Below, piece by piece: positions 1 through 8,852 of a DNA stretch of 32,000 nt. Within the stretch, counting starts at the first letter, position 1. Every line of letters starts with the position of its first letter. Both the position numbers and the translations under genes were made by a program. This DNA is from Edaphobacter aggregans (lineage in GTDB: Bacteria > Acidobacteriota > Terriglobia > Terriglobales > Acidobacteriaceae): NCBI RefSeq assembly GCF_003945235.1, contig NZ_RSDW01000001.1, positions 3,180,001 through 3,212,000 on the forward strand, written 5' to 3'. The notes beneath the pieces are model-generated. The model searched no databases. It worked only from the letters and a program-made list of their open reading frames with translations, and was not told the origin of the DNA.

Positions 1-453
1 CTGCTAAGCCCAGCCGCCAACGTCCCCGGCACCCTCACCGCCACTTTCGCCTGCACCGGAGTCCCCGCCAACTCCACCTGCACGGTCACCCCATCCAGCA
101 CGACCCTCGACGCCCCAAAGACAATCTCAGTCACCATCCTGACCGGCATAGCCAACACCTCTCAGGCCGCACGCCATCAAAACCGCACTCTCTGGCTCGT
201 CCTGCTGCTCCCCACCGCATTGCTCGTCCTCCGCAAAAGCCGCCCCCTTCCACGCCTGATCTGCACCTTTGCGCTAAGCTGCCTTCTCGCAAGCTCAGGC
301 TGCGGAACTGGCCGGCGCATCCCCGGCTCCGACAACTCGGATCCCACCCAGCCAGCCCAGACAATAACGCCCGCTGGAACTTACACCATCGTCGCCTCAG
401 CCACCAGCGCAGGCCTCACCCGCACCATCAGCCTCACCCTCATTGTCCAATAA
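1..453 (+). CDS. C-terminal end of a large secreted Ig-like-repeat surface protein (5' end cut by the window edge)
   Basis: Frame 1 is open from base 1 to the TAA at 451-453. The translation ...TATFACTGVPANSTCTVTPSSTTLDAPKTISVTILTG...TPAGTYTIVASATSAGLTRTISLTLIVQ has Thr/Ser-rich beta-strand repeats typical of giant acidobacterial surface proteins. The 77-aa track ORF (220..453, TTG) is the tail of this frame. Confidence 0.6.
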   Translation: MLSPAANVPGTLTATFACTGVPANSTCTVTPSSTTLDAPKTISVTILTGIANTSQAARHQNRTLWLVLLLPTALLVLRKSRPLPRLICTFALSCLLASSGCGTGRRIPGSDNSDPTQPAQTITPAGTYTIVASATSAGLTRTISLTLIVQ

Positions 454-561
454 AGCCCCTCTATCTTCCGGAATAGTTCTCAAGAAAGGCTGGCTCAAAC
501 ACCGTGTCCAGATTATCCTGAGCCTCTCCCCACATCCTCAGTTCTCCAGAACGGATCGTCG

Positions 562-1206
562 ATGACGCCCTCCGCCGTGATCACCACCGCGCCCCCTCGC
601 CGTACAAGCTACGCAAAAGCCGCCCTCTGGACCGTCATGGCCCTCATGACGCTCTCCGTTATCATCCTCAGCGAGATCCCGCTCTTCAAGCTCACTCACC
701 CCCGTCATCTCCACCTCGTTTCTATCCGCTGGATGCTCATTCCCCATGCCCTCGCCGGAACGACGGCCACCCTTATCGGCCCATTGCAATTCTCCACGCG
801 CCTACGTTCCCGGCACCTGACCCTGCATCGCATTCTAGGACGCGTCTACGTCGTTGCTATCCTCATTGCGGCACCACTCGCCATCTACATCGCGACCATC
901 AATCATCAGCCGGCTATCTTCTATACAGGAACCATCGTCCAGTCGGGCTCCTGGATCGTCACCACCCTTGCTGCCTTCCTCGCCGCCCGCAACCGTCACA
1001 TCCAGCAGCATCGTCAGTGGGTGGTTCGCTCCTACGCCGTCACCTTCACCTTCATCCTCGTGCGCGTTCTCAATCCAGTCCCCGCTTGGTACAACCTAAG
1101 CGACGACGCCTTTGGAGCAGCCATCCTGGTCATCGTCTTCCTCGCCCTTCTCATCCCTGACCTGGCCTTCCACTGGCGCGAACTCACCACCCGTCGCGCA
1201 CGATAA
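562..1206 (+). CDS. DUF2306 family integral membrane protein
   Basis: 214-aa ORF with an ATG start and multiple hydrophobic helices. It carries the characteristic RSRHLTLHRILGRVYVV and HRQWVVRSYAVTF motifs of the DUF2306 family. Confidence 0.75.
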   Translation: MTPSAVITTAPPRRTSYAKAALWTVMALMTLSVIILSEIPLFKLTHPRHLHLVSIRWMLIPHALAGTTATLIGPLQFSTRLRSRHLTLHRILGRVYVVAILIAAPLAIYIATINHQPAIFYTGTIVQSGSWIVTTLAAFLAARNRHIQQHRQWVVRSYAVTFTFILVRVLNPVPAWYNLSDDAFGAAILVIVFLALLIPDLAFHWRELTTRRAR

Positions 1207-1208
1207 CG

Positions 1209-2396
1209 TCAAACAACCTGCCCCGCGCTAAACCCCGAGGCCCACGCCCACTGGAAGTTATACCCACCCAGCCACCCGGTCACATCGACCACCTCGCCGA
1301 TAAAGTAGAGTCCCTGAACCTTGCGGCTCTGCATCGTCTTCGCGTCCAACTCCGCCGTATCCACGCCACCGGCAGTCACCTCAGCCTTGGCATACCCCTC
1401 CGTTCCAGCCGGAGTCACGCGCCACGCATGAAGCCCACGCTCCATGCCGGCCAGCGAGTGATTCGTCCAGTCAGAAGGCTCGTTCAACGCAACCCAGCGC
1501 TCTGCCATCCGCCCCGGCAGCACAGCGCGCAAAGCCAGCGTAGCCGCACCGGAATCCCGCCGAGCATTCCGCTCCAGCAGCGGAGCCATGACCGAAGCCC
1601 CCGGCGCAATGTCGAGCTCAATAGCCTCACCTGGACGCCAGTACGACGACACCTGCAGGATCGCTGGCCCACTCAACCCGCGATGCGTCACCAGCATCTT
1701 CTCCCGGAAGTTCCCCCGCCGCTTCGCCGCCCCAGCCGTCGCCACCACCTCAGTCGAGACACCTGAAAGAGCGCACCACCTCTCGCGATCGTCCGCACTG
1801 AACACCAGCGGCACCAAACCCGGGCGGCACTCGATAATCCGCAGCCCAAACTGCTCGGCAATCCCATACCCAAACCCGGTCGCCCCCATCTTCGGAATCG
1901 ACAATCCACCCGTAGCAATCACCACCGACTCCGCGCGAAAAACACCCTCCGAAGTCTCAACCCGAAACTCCCCATCCCGAACCACCGAAAGAATCCGCAC
2001 CCCAACCCTCACCCGAACCCCAACCTCGGCACACTCCCGCTCCAGCATCGTCACCACATCCATCGCCGAGCGGTCGCAAAAAAGCTGCCCCAGCGTCTTC
2101 TCGTGATAACGAATCCCATGCTTCTCAATCATGGCAATGATGTCCGCAGGTGTGAACCGAGCCAGCGCCGACTTAGCAAAGTGAGGATTCTCCGAGAGGA
2201 AGTTCTCCGCCCGCGCATGAATGTTAGTGAAGTTGCAGCGCCCGCCACCGGAGATCAGAATCTTCTTCCCAATCTTCTCCGCATGATCGAACACCACCAC
2301 ACGCCTGCCACGACGCCCCGCCTCCAGCGCGCACATCATCCCCGCCGCGCCCCCACCCAGCACAGCAACATCAATCCTTTGCGTAACACTCCCCAT
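1209..2396 (-). CDS. NAD(P)/FAD-dependent oxidoreductase, HI0933/YhiN (BaiN-like) flavoprotein family
   Basis: 395-aa ORF. The N-terminus has a Rossmann dinucleotide motif (DVAVLGGGAAGMMCA) followed by GKKILISGGGRCNFTN, and the C-terminus has GLYFIGEVVDVTGWLGGYNFQWAW, which is diagnostic of this family. Confidence 0.9.
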   Translation of the reverse strand: MGSVTQRIDVAVLGGGAAGMMCALEAGRRGRRVVVFDHAEKIGKKILISGGGRCNFTNIHARAENFLSENPHFAKSALARFTPADIIAMIEKHGIRYHEKTLGQLFCDRSAMDVVTMLERECAEVGVRVRVGVRILSVVRDGEFRVETSEGVFRAESVVIATGGLSIPKMGATGFGYGIAEQFGLRIIECRPGLVPLVFSADDRERWCALSGVSTEVVATAGAAKRRGNFREKMLVTHRGLSGPAILQVSSYWRPGEAIELDIAPGASVMAPLLERNARRDSGAATLALRAVLPGRMAERWVALNEPSDWTNHSLAGMERGLHAWRVTPAGTEGYAKAEVTAGGVDTAELDAKTMQSRKVQGLYFIGEVVDVTGWLGGYNFQWAWASGFSAGQVV

Positions 2397-2553
2397 CTTC
2401 CCATTCTAAGGTTCCGCTAACAGACGGTAGCGCCAGAACGGCCATTCACTTGCATTCATCCATCGTTTGCCCGTCCGATGCAACTTTCGAGTCATTGAGA
2501 CCCCCTCACGCATGCTTTACACCTGAGCAAGCAGCAAAAGGAGAGTCTCGGCC

Positions 2554-4410
2554 ATGCGCATCCAAAATCAGTGGCCACGCTCCGCCGCCCTCGCACTATT
2601 GACGGCGGCGATCGTCGTCGGAATCTCCGGCTGCGGCGCGTCGCTCACATCTTCTTCGCCAGTCACCGGCCACACCTTCGCCGGCCAAATCTACGGCGGT
2701 AATCAACCGGTCAGCAACGCCAACATCCAGATCTACACTCCAAGTACTACCGGATACGGCACTGCCTCCATCCCCCTGCTCAACCGGACCGTCACCACCA
2801 ACTCCAACGGCGGCTTCTCCTTCAGCGGAGCCTACACCTGTCCCTCCGCGTCCACGCCCGTCTACCTTGTCGTCACCGGCGGCAACCCAGGCCTGGCCGC
2901 AGGCACAAACAACAATGCGCTAGCCCTGATGGGCCTGCTCGGAGCCTGCGGCGACCTGTCGTCGGGCTTCTTCAACATCAGCGAGCTGACGACCGTCTCA
3001 GCCGTCTGGTCGCTCGCACCGTTCATGGTCGACTACGCACACATCGGCACCAGTCCCGGTAACGTACAGGGCCTGCTCAACGCCTTCGCCACGTCGCAGA
3101 GCATGGTGTCCGTCTTCACCGGACGATCCCCCGGCACTGCACCCACAGTCGCCAACATTCCTTCCGCGACCATCAACACGCTCGGTGACATTCTCTCCTC
3201 CTGCATCAACTCCAACGGAAGCACCTCACTCACAGCTCCATGCGGACGTCTCTTCGCAGCCGCAACGCCGGTCGGCGGTACCACTCCCAGCGATACCGTC
3301 GCCGCAGCACTCGACATCGCGCGCAATCCGAGCCATAGCGTTGGCTCCATCTTCAGCACCCTCGTAGCGAACGGCCCCTATCAGCCCACGCTGACATCCT
3401 CTCCGGGCGACTGGACCCTCGCCATTAACTACACATCGACTGCCTTCAACAAGCCAGCCGACATGGCAATCGATTCTCAGGGCAACGCCTGGGTGCTCAG
3501 CACCGCCGGCAACGCCAGCGCCGTCAGCGTACTCAGCAGCACAGCCGGAATCACCTCGACCTTCCCCCAAACCGGCGGAGCCTTCGCCCGTCTCGCGCTC
3601 GATCCCTACGACGATCCCTGGCTCACCAACAGCATCACCTCCAGCGTGACCGAACTCAATAGCGCCGGAGTGCGAGCTTCGCTCAACCCATTCAACGGCG
3701 CAGGAATCCAGGGCCCCGGCCTTCTAGCATTCGATGGGCTCGGCGACGTGTGGATCGCCAACAGCGGACCAACCGTCAGCAAGTTAAGTGCTAACGGAGC
3801 CCCCTTATCGCCGGGCACTGGCTTTAGCACCGGCGGCGTAAGCAGCCCGTCAGCTCTCGCGCTGGACACGTCCGGCAACGCCTGGATCGCCGACAGCAGC
3901 AACAACGCGATCACTGTGCTCAGCAACTCCGGAGCGCCCATTCCTGGCTCTCCCTACACCGGCGGAGGCATCAACGGCCCGTTCGCCGTAGCGATCGACT
4001 CTGCAGGCGGCGCGTGGATCGCCAATCGCCTTGGCAGCAGCCTCAGCCGCCTGACAAGCTTCGGAGATCCGGTCGCTGGAAGCCCCTACTACGGCGCTGG
4101 CCTCAACGCACCCATCGACATGGCAGTCGACGGACTCGGCAATGTCTGGCTGGTCAACTCCGGCAGCAACACCGTCTCGGAGTTCCTGAGCACCGGCAGA
4201 CCACAGTCCGGCGCAACAGGCTACGGCAGCTCCGTGCTGACCAATCCGTTCCGTCTGGCACTCGATAGATCCGGCAACGTCTGGGTAGCTAATCTGGGCT
4301 CTGCAGTGGCAGGCCAGGGCACCATCACCCAAATCGTCGGTACGGCCGCCCCCGTCGTAACACCAGTCTCCATCGCGATCCAGAACAACGCACTGAACCA
4401 ACGTCCCTAG
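2554..4410 (+). CDS. NHL-repeat beta-propeller lipoprotein with an N-terminal carboxypeptidase-regulatory-like domain
   Basis: 618-aa ORF with an AAAGGAGAG Shine-Dalgarno sequence upstream. It has a signal peptide with lipobox ISGC. NHL-type blades recur (DSQGNAWVLS, DGLGDVWIANSG, DTSGNAWIADSSNNAITVL, DSAGGAWIANRLG, DGLGNVWLVNSGSNTVSEF, DRSGNVWVANLG). Confidence 0.8.
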   Translation: MRIQNQWPRSAALALLTAAIVVGISGCGASLTSSSPVTGHTFAGQIYGGNQPVSNANIQIYTPSTTGYGTASIPLLNRTVTTNSNGGFSFSGAYTCPSASTPVYLVVTGGNPGLAAGTNNNALALMGLLGACGDLSSGFFNISELTTVSAVWSLAPFMVDYAHIGTSPGNVQGLLNAFATSQSMVSVFTGRSPGTAPTVANIPSATINTLGDILSSCINSNGSTSLTAPCGRLFAAATPVGGTTPSDTVAAALDIARNPSHSVGSIFSTLVANGPYQPTLTSSPGDWTLAINYTSTAFNKPADMAIDSQGNAWVLSTAGNASAVSVLSSTAGITSTFPQTGGAFARLALDPYDDPWLTNSITSSVTELNSAGVRASLNPFNGAGIQGPGLLAFDGLGDVWIANSGPTVSKLSANGAPLSPGTGFSTGGVSSPSALALDTSGNAWIADSSNNAITVLSNSGAPIPGSPYTGGGINGPFAVAIDSAGGAWIANRLGSSLSRLTSFGDPVAGSPYYGAGLNAPIDMAVDGLGNVWLVNSGSNTVSEFLSTGRPQSGATGYGSSVLTNPFRLALDRSGNVWVANLGSAVAGQGTITQIVGTAAPVVTPVSIAIQNNALNQRP

Positions 4411-4483
4411 TTCACTTTTGTATAGCCTTGCCGCAGACACACGGTCTCGAACGCGCAATCTCTATTTGTGCGACGATTAATCC

Positions 4484-5761
4484 ATGTTGAAAGAGGTGCA
4501 GAACCGCGGGCCAAAAGTCGTCGCAGGCCAACCGCATGGTCCAGCGGCCATCATTACCAGGCGCGCTGGCGACCGCCTGCGTGCAGGACATCTATGGGTC
4601 TACAGCTCCGACGTTACCTCGCTCATTCCACACTCAGACAGCTCCGAGATCGCCCCCGGCGCACTCGTCACGGTCGCTGACAGTCGAGGAATCCCGCTTG
4701 GCGCGGCGCTCTATAGCTCGGCGTCGCAAATCATGCTGCGAATGGTGTCTGCACAAGCAGCCCTCACGCGAACGGCATATCTCGAACAGCTCCGAGAGCG
4801 CGCAATCGCTGCCTTGGCACTACGTGAAGCACTCGCAGCACAGTCAGCGACCGACAACTCATGCAGATTGATCTTCTCCGAAGCCGATAACCTACCCGGC
4901 ATCGTGGCCGATCGCTACAACGAACTCGTCATCCTCCAATTACTGACGCAAGGCACAGCGCAGGATGACGTTCGACACATTCTGACGGAGGTGTTCCGCG
5001 AACGGCTGCAACCCGCCACCATCGTCGAACGGCCTGACCCAAAGATTCGCGAACTGGAACAGCTAGCCCCCTCTCCATCGACGCCCTTATACACCAGCAC
5101 CCCCGACTCGCCGCAATTGACCACCGTCTTCACCATCAACGGCGTGCGCTTCCACTACGACGCAAGCTCGGGACAGAAGACTGGAGCCTTTCTCGACCAG
5201 CGCCTCAACTACGCCGCCGCAGCAAGGTACGCACGTGGAACGGCACTCGATATCTGCACCTATCAGGGAGGCTTCGCACTCCATCTCGCCCAGCACTGCG
5301 AGCGGGTCACCGGCGTCGATGCCAGCCGCGCCGCGCTCGTCGTGGCAGATCGTAATCTCGAACTCAATCCCACCCTTCAGGCGCAGGTCGACTGGATCGA
5401 AGCCGACGCATTCGAACTCCTGCGCGAATACGAAGCCACCGGCCAGCAATTCGACACCATCGTTCTCGATCCCCCCGCATTCGCCAAGTCCAAACGTGCC
5501 GCCGAAGGTGCAATACGCGGGTACAAGGAACTCAATCTCCGAGCCATGAAGCTGCTCCGCCCGGGCGGAACGCTCGTAACCTGCTCCTGCTCCCATCACG
5601 TTTCGCTGGCCGAGTTTACAGACGTAGTTGCTGCAGCCGCCTCCGATGCCGAGCGGCGTGTGCAACTGCTGGAAACCCGCGGCGCGGCGCCCGATCACCC
5701 CGCCGTCCTGACCCTGCCCGAAACCAGTTACCTGAAGTGCCTTATCTGCCGCGTGGACTAG
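4484..5761 (+). CDS. rlmI: Class I SAM-dependent rRNA (cytosine-C5) methyltransferase, RlmI-like
   Basis: 425-aa ORF with an ATG start. It has a PUA-like N-terminus (RLRAGHLWVYSSDV), an SAM-binding core (DICTYQGGFALH, VDAS), and DPPAFAKSK...GYKELN...LVTCSCSHH, typical of RlmI/YccW enzymes. Confidence 0.8.
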   Translation: MLKEVQNRGPKVVAGQPHGPAAIITRRAGDRLRAGHLWVYSSDVTSLIPHSDSSEIAPGALVTVADSRGIPLGAALYSSASQIMLRMVSAQAALTRTAYLEQLRERAIAALALREALAAQSATDNSCRLIFSEADNLPGIVADRYNELVILQLLTQGTAQDDVRHILTEVFRERLQPATIVERPDPKIRELEQLAPSPSTPLYTSTPDSPQLTTVFTINGVRFHYDASSGQKTGAFLDQRLNYAAAARYARGTALDICTYQGGFALHLAQHCERVTGVDASRAALVVADRNLELNPTLQAQVDWIEADAFELLREYEATGQQFDTIVLDPPAFAKSKRAAEGAIRGYKELNLRAMKLLRPGGTLVTCSCSHHVSLAEFTDVVAAAASDAERRVQLLETRGAAPDHPAVLTLPETSYLKCLICRVD

Positions 5762-5840
5762 GGTAGTAGCGAATATCCCTCGCATTTAGCAGGAAAACGC
5801 TGCACCACTGCGATACTAAAAAGAGTCTAATATTCACAGC

Positions 5841-7115
5841 ATGGCGACGACCCAACTTCCGAAGCTGAGTTCATTCGACCGCACCCTGCAAAGTGCGCGT
5901 TCGACCATGATGTTCAGTGAAGTCGTGCGCCTCGCCGTCGACAGCTTCAAAGCCAGCAAGGTCCGCTTCCTACTCACCATGCTCGGCATGATCATCGGTT
6001 CCGCGTCGATCATCCTGGTCACCACTCTCGGCCTTACCGGCAAGGAATACGCCCTCAACCTCATCTCGAGCATCGGCCCCAACATGATCGAGATGCAGTA
6101 CGACGGCGGCACCGTCGTCGGTCCGGACAACACCACCGCCCCCGACTACATGACCCGCGACGACATGAACACCGTCATCGAACAGGTCCCCGGCATCATC
6201 GCAGCCTCGCCTATGCTTGAGTTCCACGACCGTGTCAGCATGGGCGGTGGCGTGGTCAAGGACACCATGTTGCTCGGTGTCTCCCCGCAGTACAAGCAGG
6301 TCCGTAATCTCGCCATCGTCGCCGGCCGCTTCTTCGACGACCAGGACGCCGTCGCACACACCAAGGTAGCAGTCATCGTTGCTCCCTTCGCCATTGCGCT
6401 CTTCGGCACCCCTTCCGCCGCCGTTGGCCACAGCATCACGGTAAGCGGTATTCCGTTCGTCGTCATCGGCGTCTTCAAAGAGAGCGTCGAAACCTTCGGC
6501 CAATCCGAGATCAGCGATCAGACGATTCTGATCCCCTATCAGGTCGCGCGCTACTTCACCGGGACCGACACCGTGAAGCAGATCTTCTTCACCATGAAGG
6601 ACCCGACCCTCGTCCCAGCGGCCTCCGAAGAGATCCTGAACATCATCAAGAGCCGCCACCGCGCGACATCCGTCTACACGGCCTTCAACCTGACGCAGGT
6701 ACTCAGCGTAATGGCGCAGATAGCCAACATGCTGACGATTGTTCTGACCCTTGCCGCGGCCATCACCCTCATCGTCAGCGGCGTCGGCATCATGAACAGC
6801 ATGTTGGCCAACGTGCAGTCCCGCATCAAGGAGATCGGCATCCGCAAGGCCCTCGGAGCCACCAGTCGCGAGATCCGCCTGCAGTTCCTCACCGAAGCCG
6901 TCTTCCTCTCGCTCAGCGGAGGCATCATCGGCACACTCGTCGGCCTTGCGATTCCCTGGACGGTCAGCCTTCTCACGCCGTTCAAGATCCCGACCTCGAT
7001 CTGGTCCGCCGTCATCTCGCTGTCGACCTCAGTCCTTGTAGGCGTGCTCTTCGGAACGCTCCCCGCCAACCGCGCCGCCCGTCTCGACCCCGTCCAGACC
7101 CTCAAGTACGAGTAG
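5841..7115 (+). CDS. ABC transporter permease, MacB/FtsX family (MacB periplasmic domain plus FtsX domain)
   Basis: 424-aa ORF. There is an N-terminal TM helix, a large periplasmic domain, then the FtsX signature region GIMNSMLANVQSRIKEIGIRKALGATSREI and three C-terminal TM helices. No ATPase or adaptor gene is adjacent. Confidence 0.85.
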   Translation: MATTQLPKLSSFDRTLQSARSTMMFSEVVRLAVDSFKASKVRFLLTMLGMIIGSASIILVTTLGLTGKEYALNLISSIGPNMIEMQYDGGTVVGPDNTTAPDYMTRDDMNTVIEQVPGIIAASPMLEFHDRVSMGGGVVKDTMLLGVSPQYKQVRNLAIVAGRFFDDQDAVAHTKVAVIVAPFAIALFGTPSAAVGHSITVSGIPFVVIGVFKESVETFGQSEISDQTILIPYQVARYFTGTDTVKQIFFTMKDPTLVPAASEEILNIIKSRHRATSVYTAFNLTQVLSVMAQIANMLTIVLTLAAAITLIVSGVGIMNSMLANVQSRIKEIGIRKALGATSREIRLQFLTEAVFLSLSGGIIGTLVGLAIPWTVSLLTPFKIPTSIWSAVISLSTSVLVGVLFGTLPANRAARLDPVQTLKYE

Positions 7116-7139
7116 CATGGCCGCAGGCTAAAAGCAAAA

Positions 7140-7300
7140 TCAGCATCGCGTACCAGCTTTCGCCTTTGTCGTTGCTTCGCCTTTTTGGTCGTCATCCCAT
7201 AGGGGTCTGCTTCTGTCCTTGTTTGTCGTTGCCTTCGCTATCGTTTGTTCTTTCTCGCCGGATACGGTTATCCTGCTTTTGCTGTAAGGCCTTGCACTTG
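7140..7300. repeat. T/G-rich low-complexity intergenic repeat region
   Basis: The 11-nt exact direct repeat tttgtcgttgc occurs at 7165-7175 and 7222-7232, each followed by (c)ttcgc. The region also contains gtcatccc (7191) followed by ctgcttctgtccttg. No credible coding frame is present; the track ORFs here are Cys/Lys/Arg-rich artefacts. Confidence 0.4.
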
Positions 7301-7342
7301 GGTCCCGTCTCATCCAAAAACGATAAAACTTTGGAAGTGCCC

Positions 7343-7762
7343 GTGATCGAGCGCCGTCTCAAAATCCTCATCCTCATCTTCCTCTGGATAGCCACGCTGG
7401 AAGACACGTTCCTCTTCCTGATGGCGTGGTTCGCACCCGACCTCTGGTTCAAAGTCTTTCACGCATCGGTGCCCGCAGGCCTGGAAGTCGCATTCCTACG
7501 CCGCTCAGCCGGTCAGTGGGCGGCATTCGCTCTCGCTCAGGCCATCACACTCTGGCGTTGGCAAAAGCAGCCAGTCTGGCTCCCGATCACAGCCGGCATC
7601 CGCTTCTCCGACCTCTTCACTGACATCTCATACATCCTCGCCGCCCCCTCGCTCACACCCATCGGCTGGATGCTCCTGCTCCCACCGCCGCTCCTCAACC
7701 TCATCGGCGTCATCATCCTGCTTCGTGGCTACAAACAAATTCAGAACAGCACGCAAAAATAA
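7343..7762 (+). CDS. Hypothetical small integral membrane protein (about 4 TM helices)
   Basis: This is the downstream part of the 198-aa track ORF. A GTG at 7343 is preceded by GGAAG at about 5 nt. From there the sequence is hydrophobic and helical (RLKILILIFLWIATLED...LLLPPPLLNLIGVIILLRGY). The upstream part of the ORF runs through the repeat region. I do not recognise the family. Confidence 0.55.
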   Translation: MIERRLKILILIFLWIATLEDTFLFLMAWFAPDLWFKVFHASVPAGLEVAFLRRSAGQWAAFALAQAITLWRWQKQPVWLPITAGIRFSDLFTDISYILAAPSLTPIGWMLLLPPPLLNLIGVIILLRGYKQIQNSTQK

Positions 7763-7763
7763 A

Positions 7764-7806
7764 ACGCATCTGTCTCCACGAATCATGTTTGTGGAGACAG
7801 ATGCGT
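7764..7806. terminator. Bidirectional intrinsic terminator between convergent genes
   Basis: Perfect 16-bp inverted repeat: acgcatctgtctccac (7764-7779) and gtggagacagatgcgt (7791-7806), with an 11-nt loop. It is flanked by an A-run on the left and tctgtatctt on the right, and lies between the 7762 stop (+) and the rplI stop (-). Confidence 0.8.
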
Positions 7807-7828
7807 CTGTATCTTACGTCGTTACAAA

Positions 7829-8305
7829 CTACTCAGCGGCGGCAACAGCCTCGGTCTCAGGCTGATCGCCCTTGACCGTCACCTTCACGTGGCTGGTAAC
7901 GTCACGATGCAGCTTTACAGGAACATGGTACTCGCCGATCGTCTTCAGCGGATCCTCAAGCGAGATCTTGCGGCGATCGATCGTGAAACCCTTCGCCTCG
8001 AGCGCGTGAGCGATGTCGCCCGACGTGACCGAACCGAACAGGTGATCGTGCTCGCCGACCTTGCGCTCGAACACCAGTTCAAGAGCATCCAGCTGCGTCG
8101 AAAGCTGCTCCGCCTCGACCTTCTCCTTGGCGGACTTGCGAACAGCCGATGCCTTCATCTGATCGATGACAGCCTTGTTGGCCGCAGTCGCTTCAATCGC
8201 GAGCTTGCCCGGCAGCAGGTAGTTGCGCCCGTAGCCGTCAGCGACCTTCACTACATCGCCGCGATGTCCAAGCTTAATTACGTCTTCCTTCAGAATGACT
8301 TCCAT
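7829..8305 (-). CDS. rplI: 50S ribosomal protein L9
   Basis: 158 aa. MEVILKEDVIKLGHRGDVVKVADGYGRNYLLPGKLA is the canonical L9 N-terminal domain. Confidence 0.95.
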   Translation of the reverse strand: MEVILKEDVIKLGHRGDVVKVADGYGRNYLLPGKLAIEATAANKAVIDQMKASAVRKSAKEKVEAEQLSTQLDALELVFERKVGEHDHLFGSVTSGDIAHALEAKGFTIDRRKISLEDPLKTIGEYHVPVKLHRDVTSHVKVTVKGDQPETEAVAAAE

Positions 8306-8334
8306 TGCATATCTCCGATTTCGTGTCTCGTAAG

Positions 8335-8688
8335 TTAGAAGCGCGCGGCAAAGGCAAGCAGGGCGATATTGCGCGACTGCTTGATGGCCAGGCTAAGGCG
8401 GCGCTGGTGCCGGGTGCAGACACCCGTCAGGCGGCGCGGAACAATCTTGCCGCGCTCCGCAACGAAGCCCTGCAGTAGACGGACATCGCGGTAGGAGATC
8501 GCATCAATCTTCTCCGTGCAGAACTTGCAGACCTTCTTGCGGCGGAAGAACTTGCGTCCACCAGGGCCGCCGCCGGGAGCGCCAGCCGGACGCGGACCGC
8601 GCGGTGCACCGGCGCCAGGGCCGGAGTGAGGACGGGATGCAGGAGCCTGCTGCTCCGTGGATTGCGTGCTGTTTGTTTCGTCAGCCAT
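8335..8688 (-). CDS. rpsR: 30S ribosomal protein S18, with a Gly/Pro/Ala-rich N-terminal extension
   Basis: 117 aa. The core [61 protein letters not shown] is canonical S18. A GAGAGGA Shine-Dalgarno sequence lies upstream of the ATG. Confidence 0.95.
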   Translation of the reverse strand: MADETNSTQSTEQQAPASRPHSGPGAGAPRGPRPAGAPGGGPGGRKFFRRKKVCKFCTEKIDAISYRDVRLLQGFVAERGKIVPRRLTGVCTRHQRRLSLAIKQSRNIALLAFAARF

Positions 8689-8852
8689 GTGTAATTCCTC
8701 TCAGGTACGTTGTGCCTTCACCCGCTCCAGACACGCTTTGGAGTCTCTGAACATTCGACCAACCTGCAGTCGAGCGGAAGCGGGGTTCGGCGATGATGCT
8801 ACGTTGTGCGAAGCAGGTTCAACCGGCATCGCGAATCTTTGCGAAAAGTCTC

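Noticed and set aside
5087-6659. 232-aa (5087..5785) and 229-aa (5970..6659) minus-strand ORFs
   Set aside because: They are antisense to the rlmI-like and MacB-like genes respectively. Both are compositionally biased (Gly/Asp/Val/Ala) shadow ORFs.
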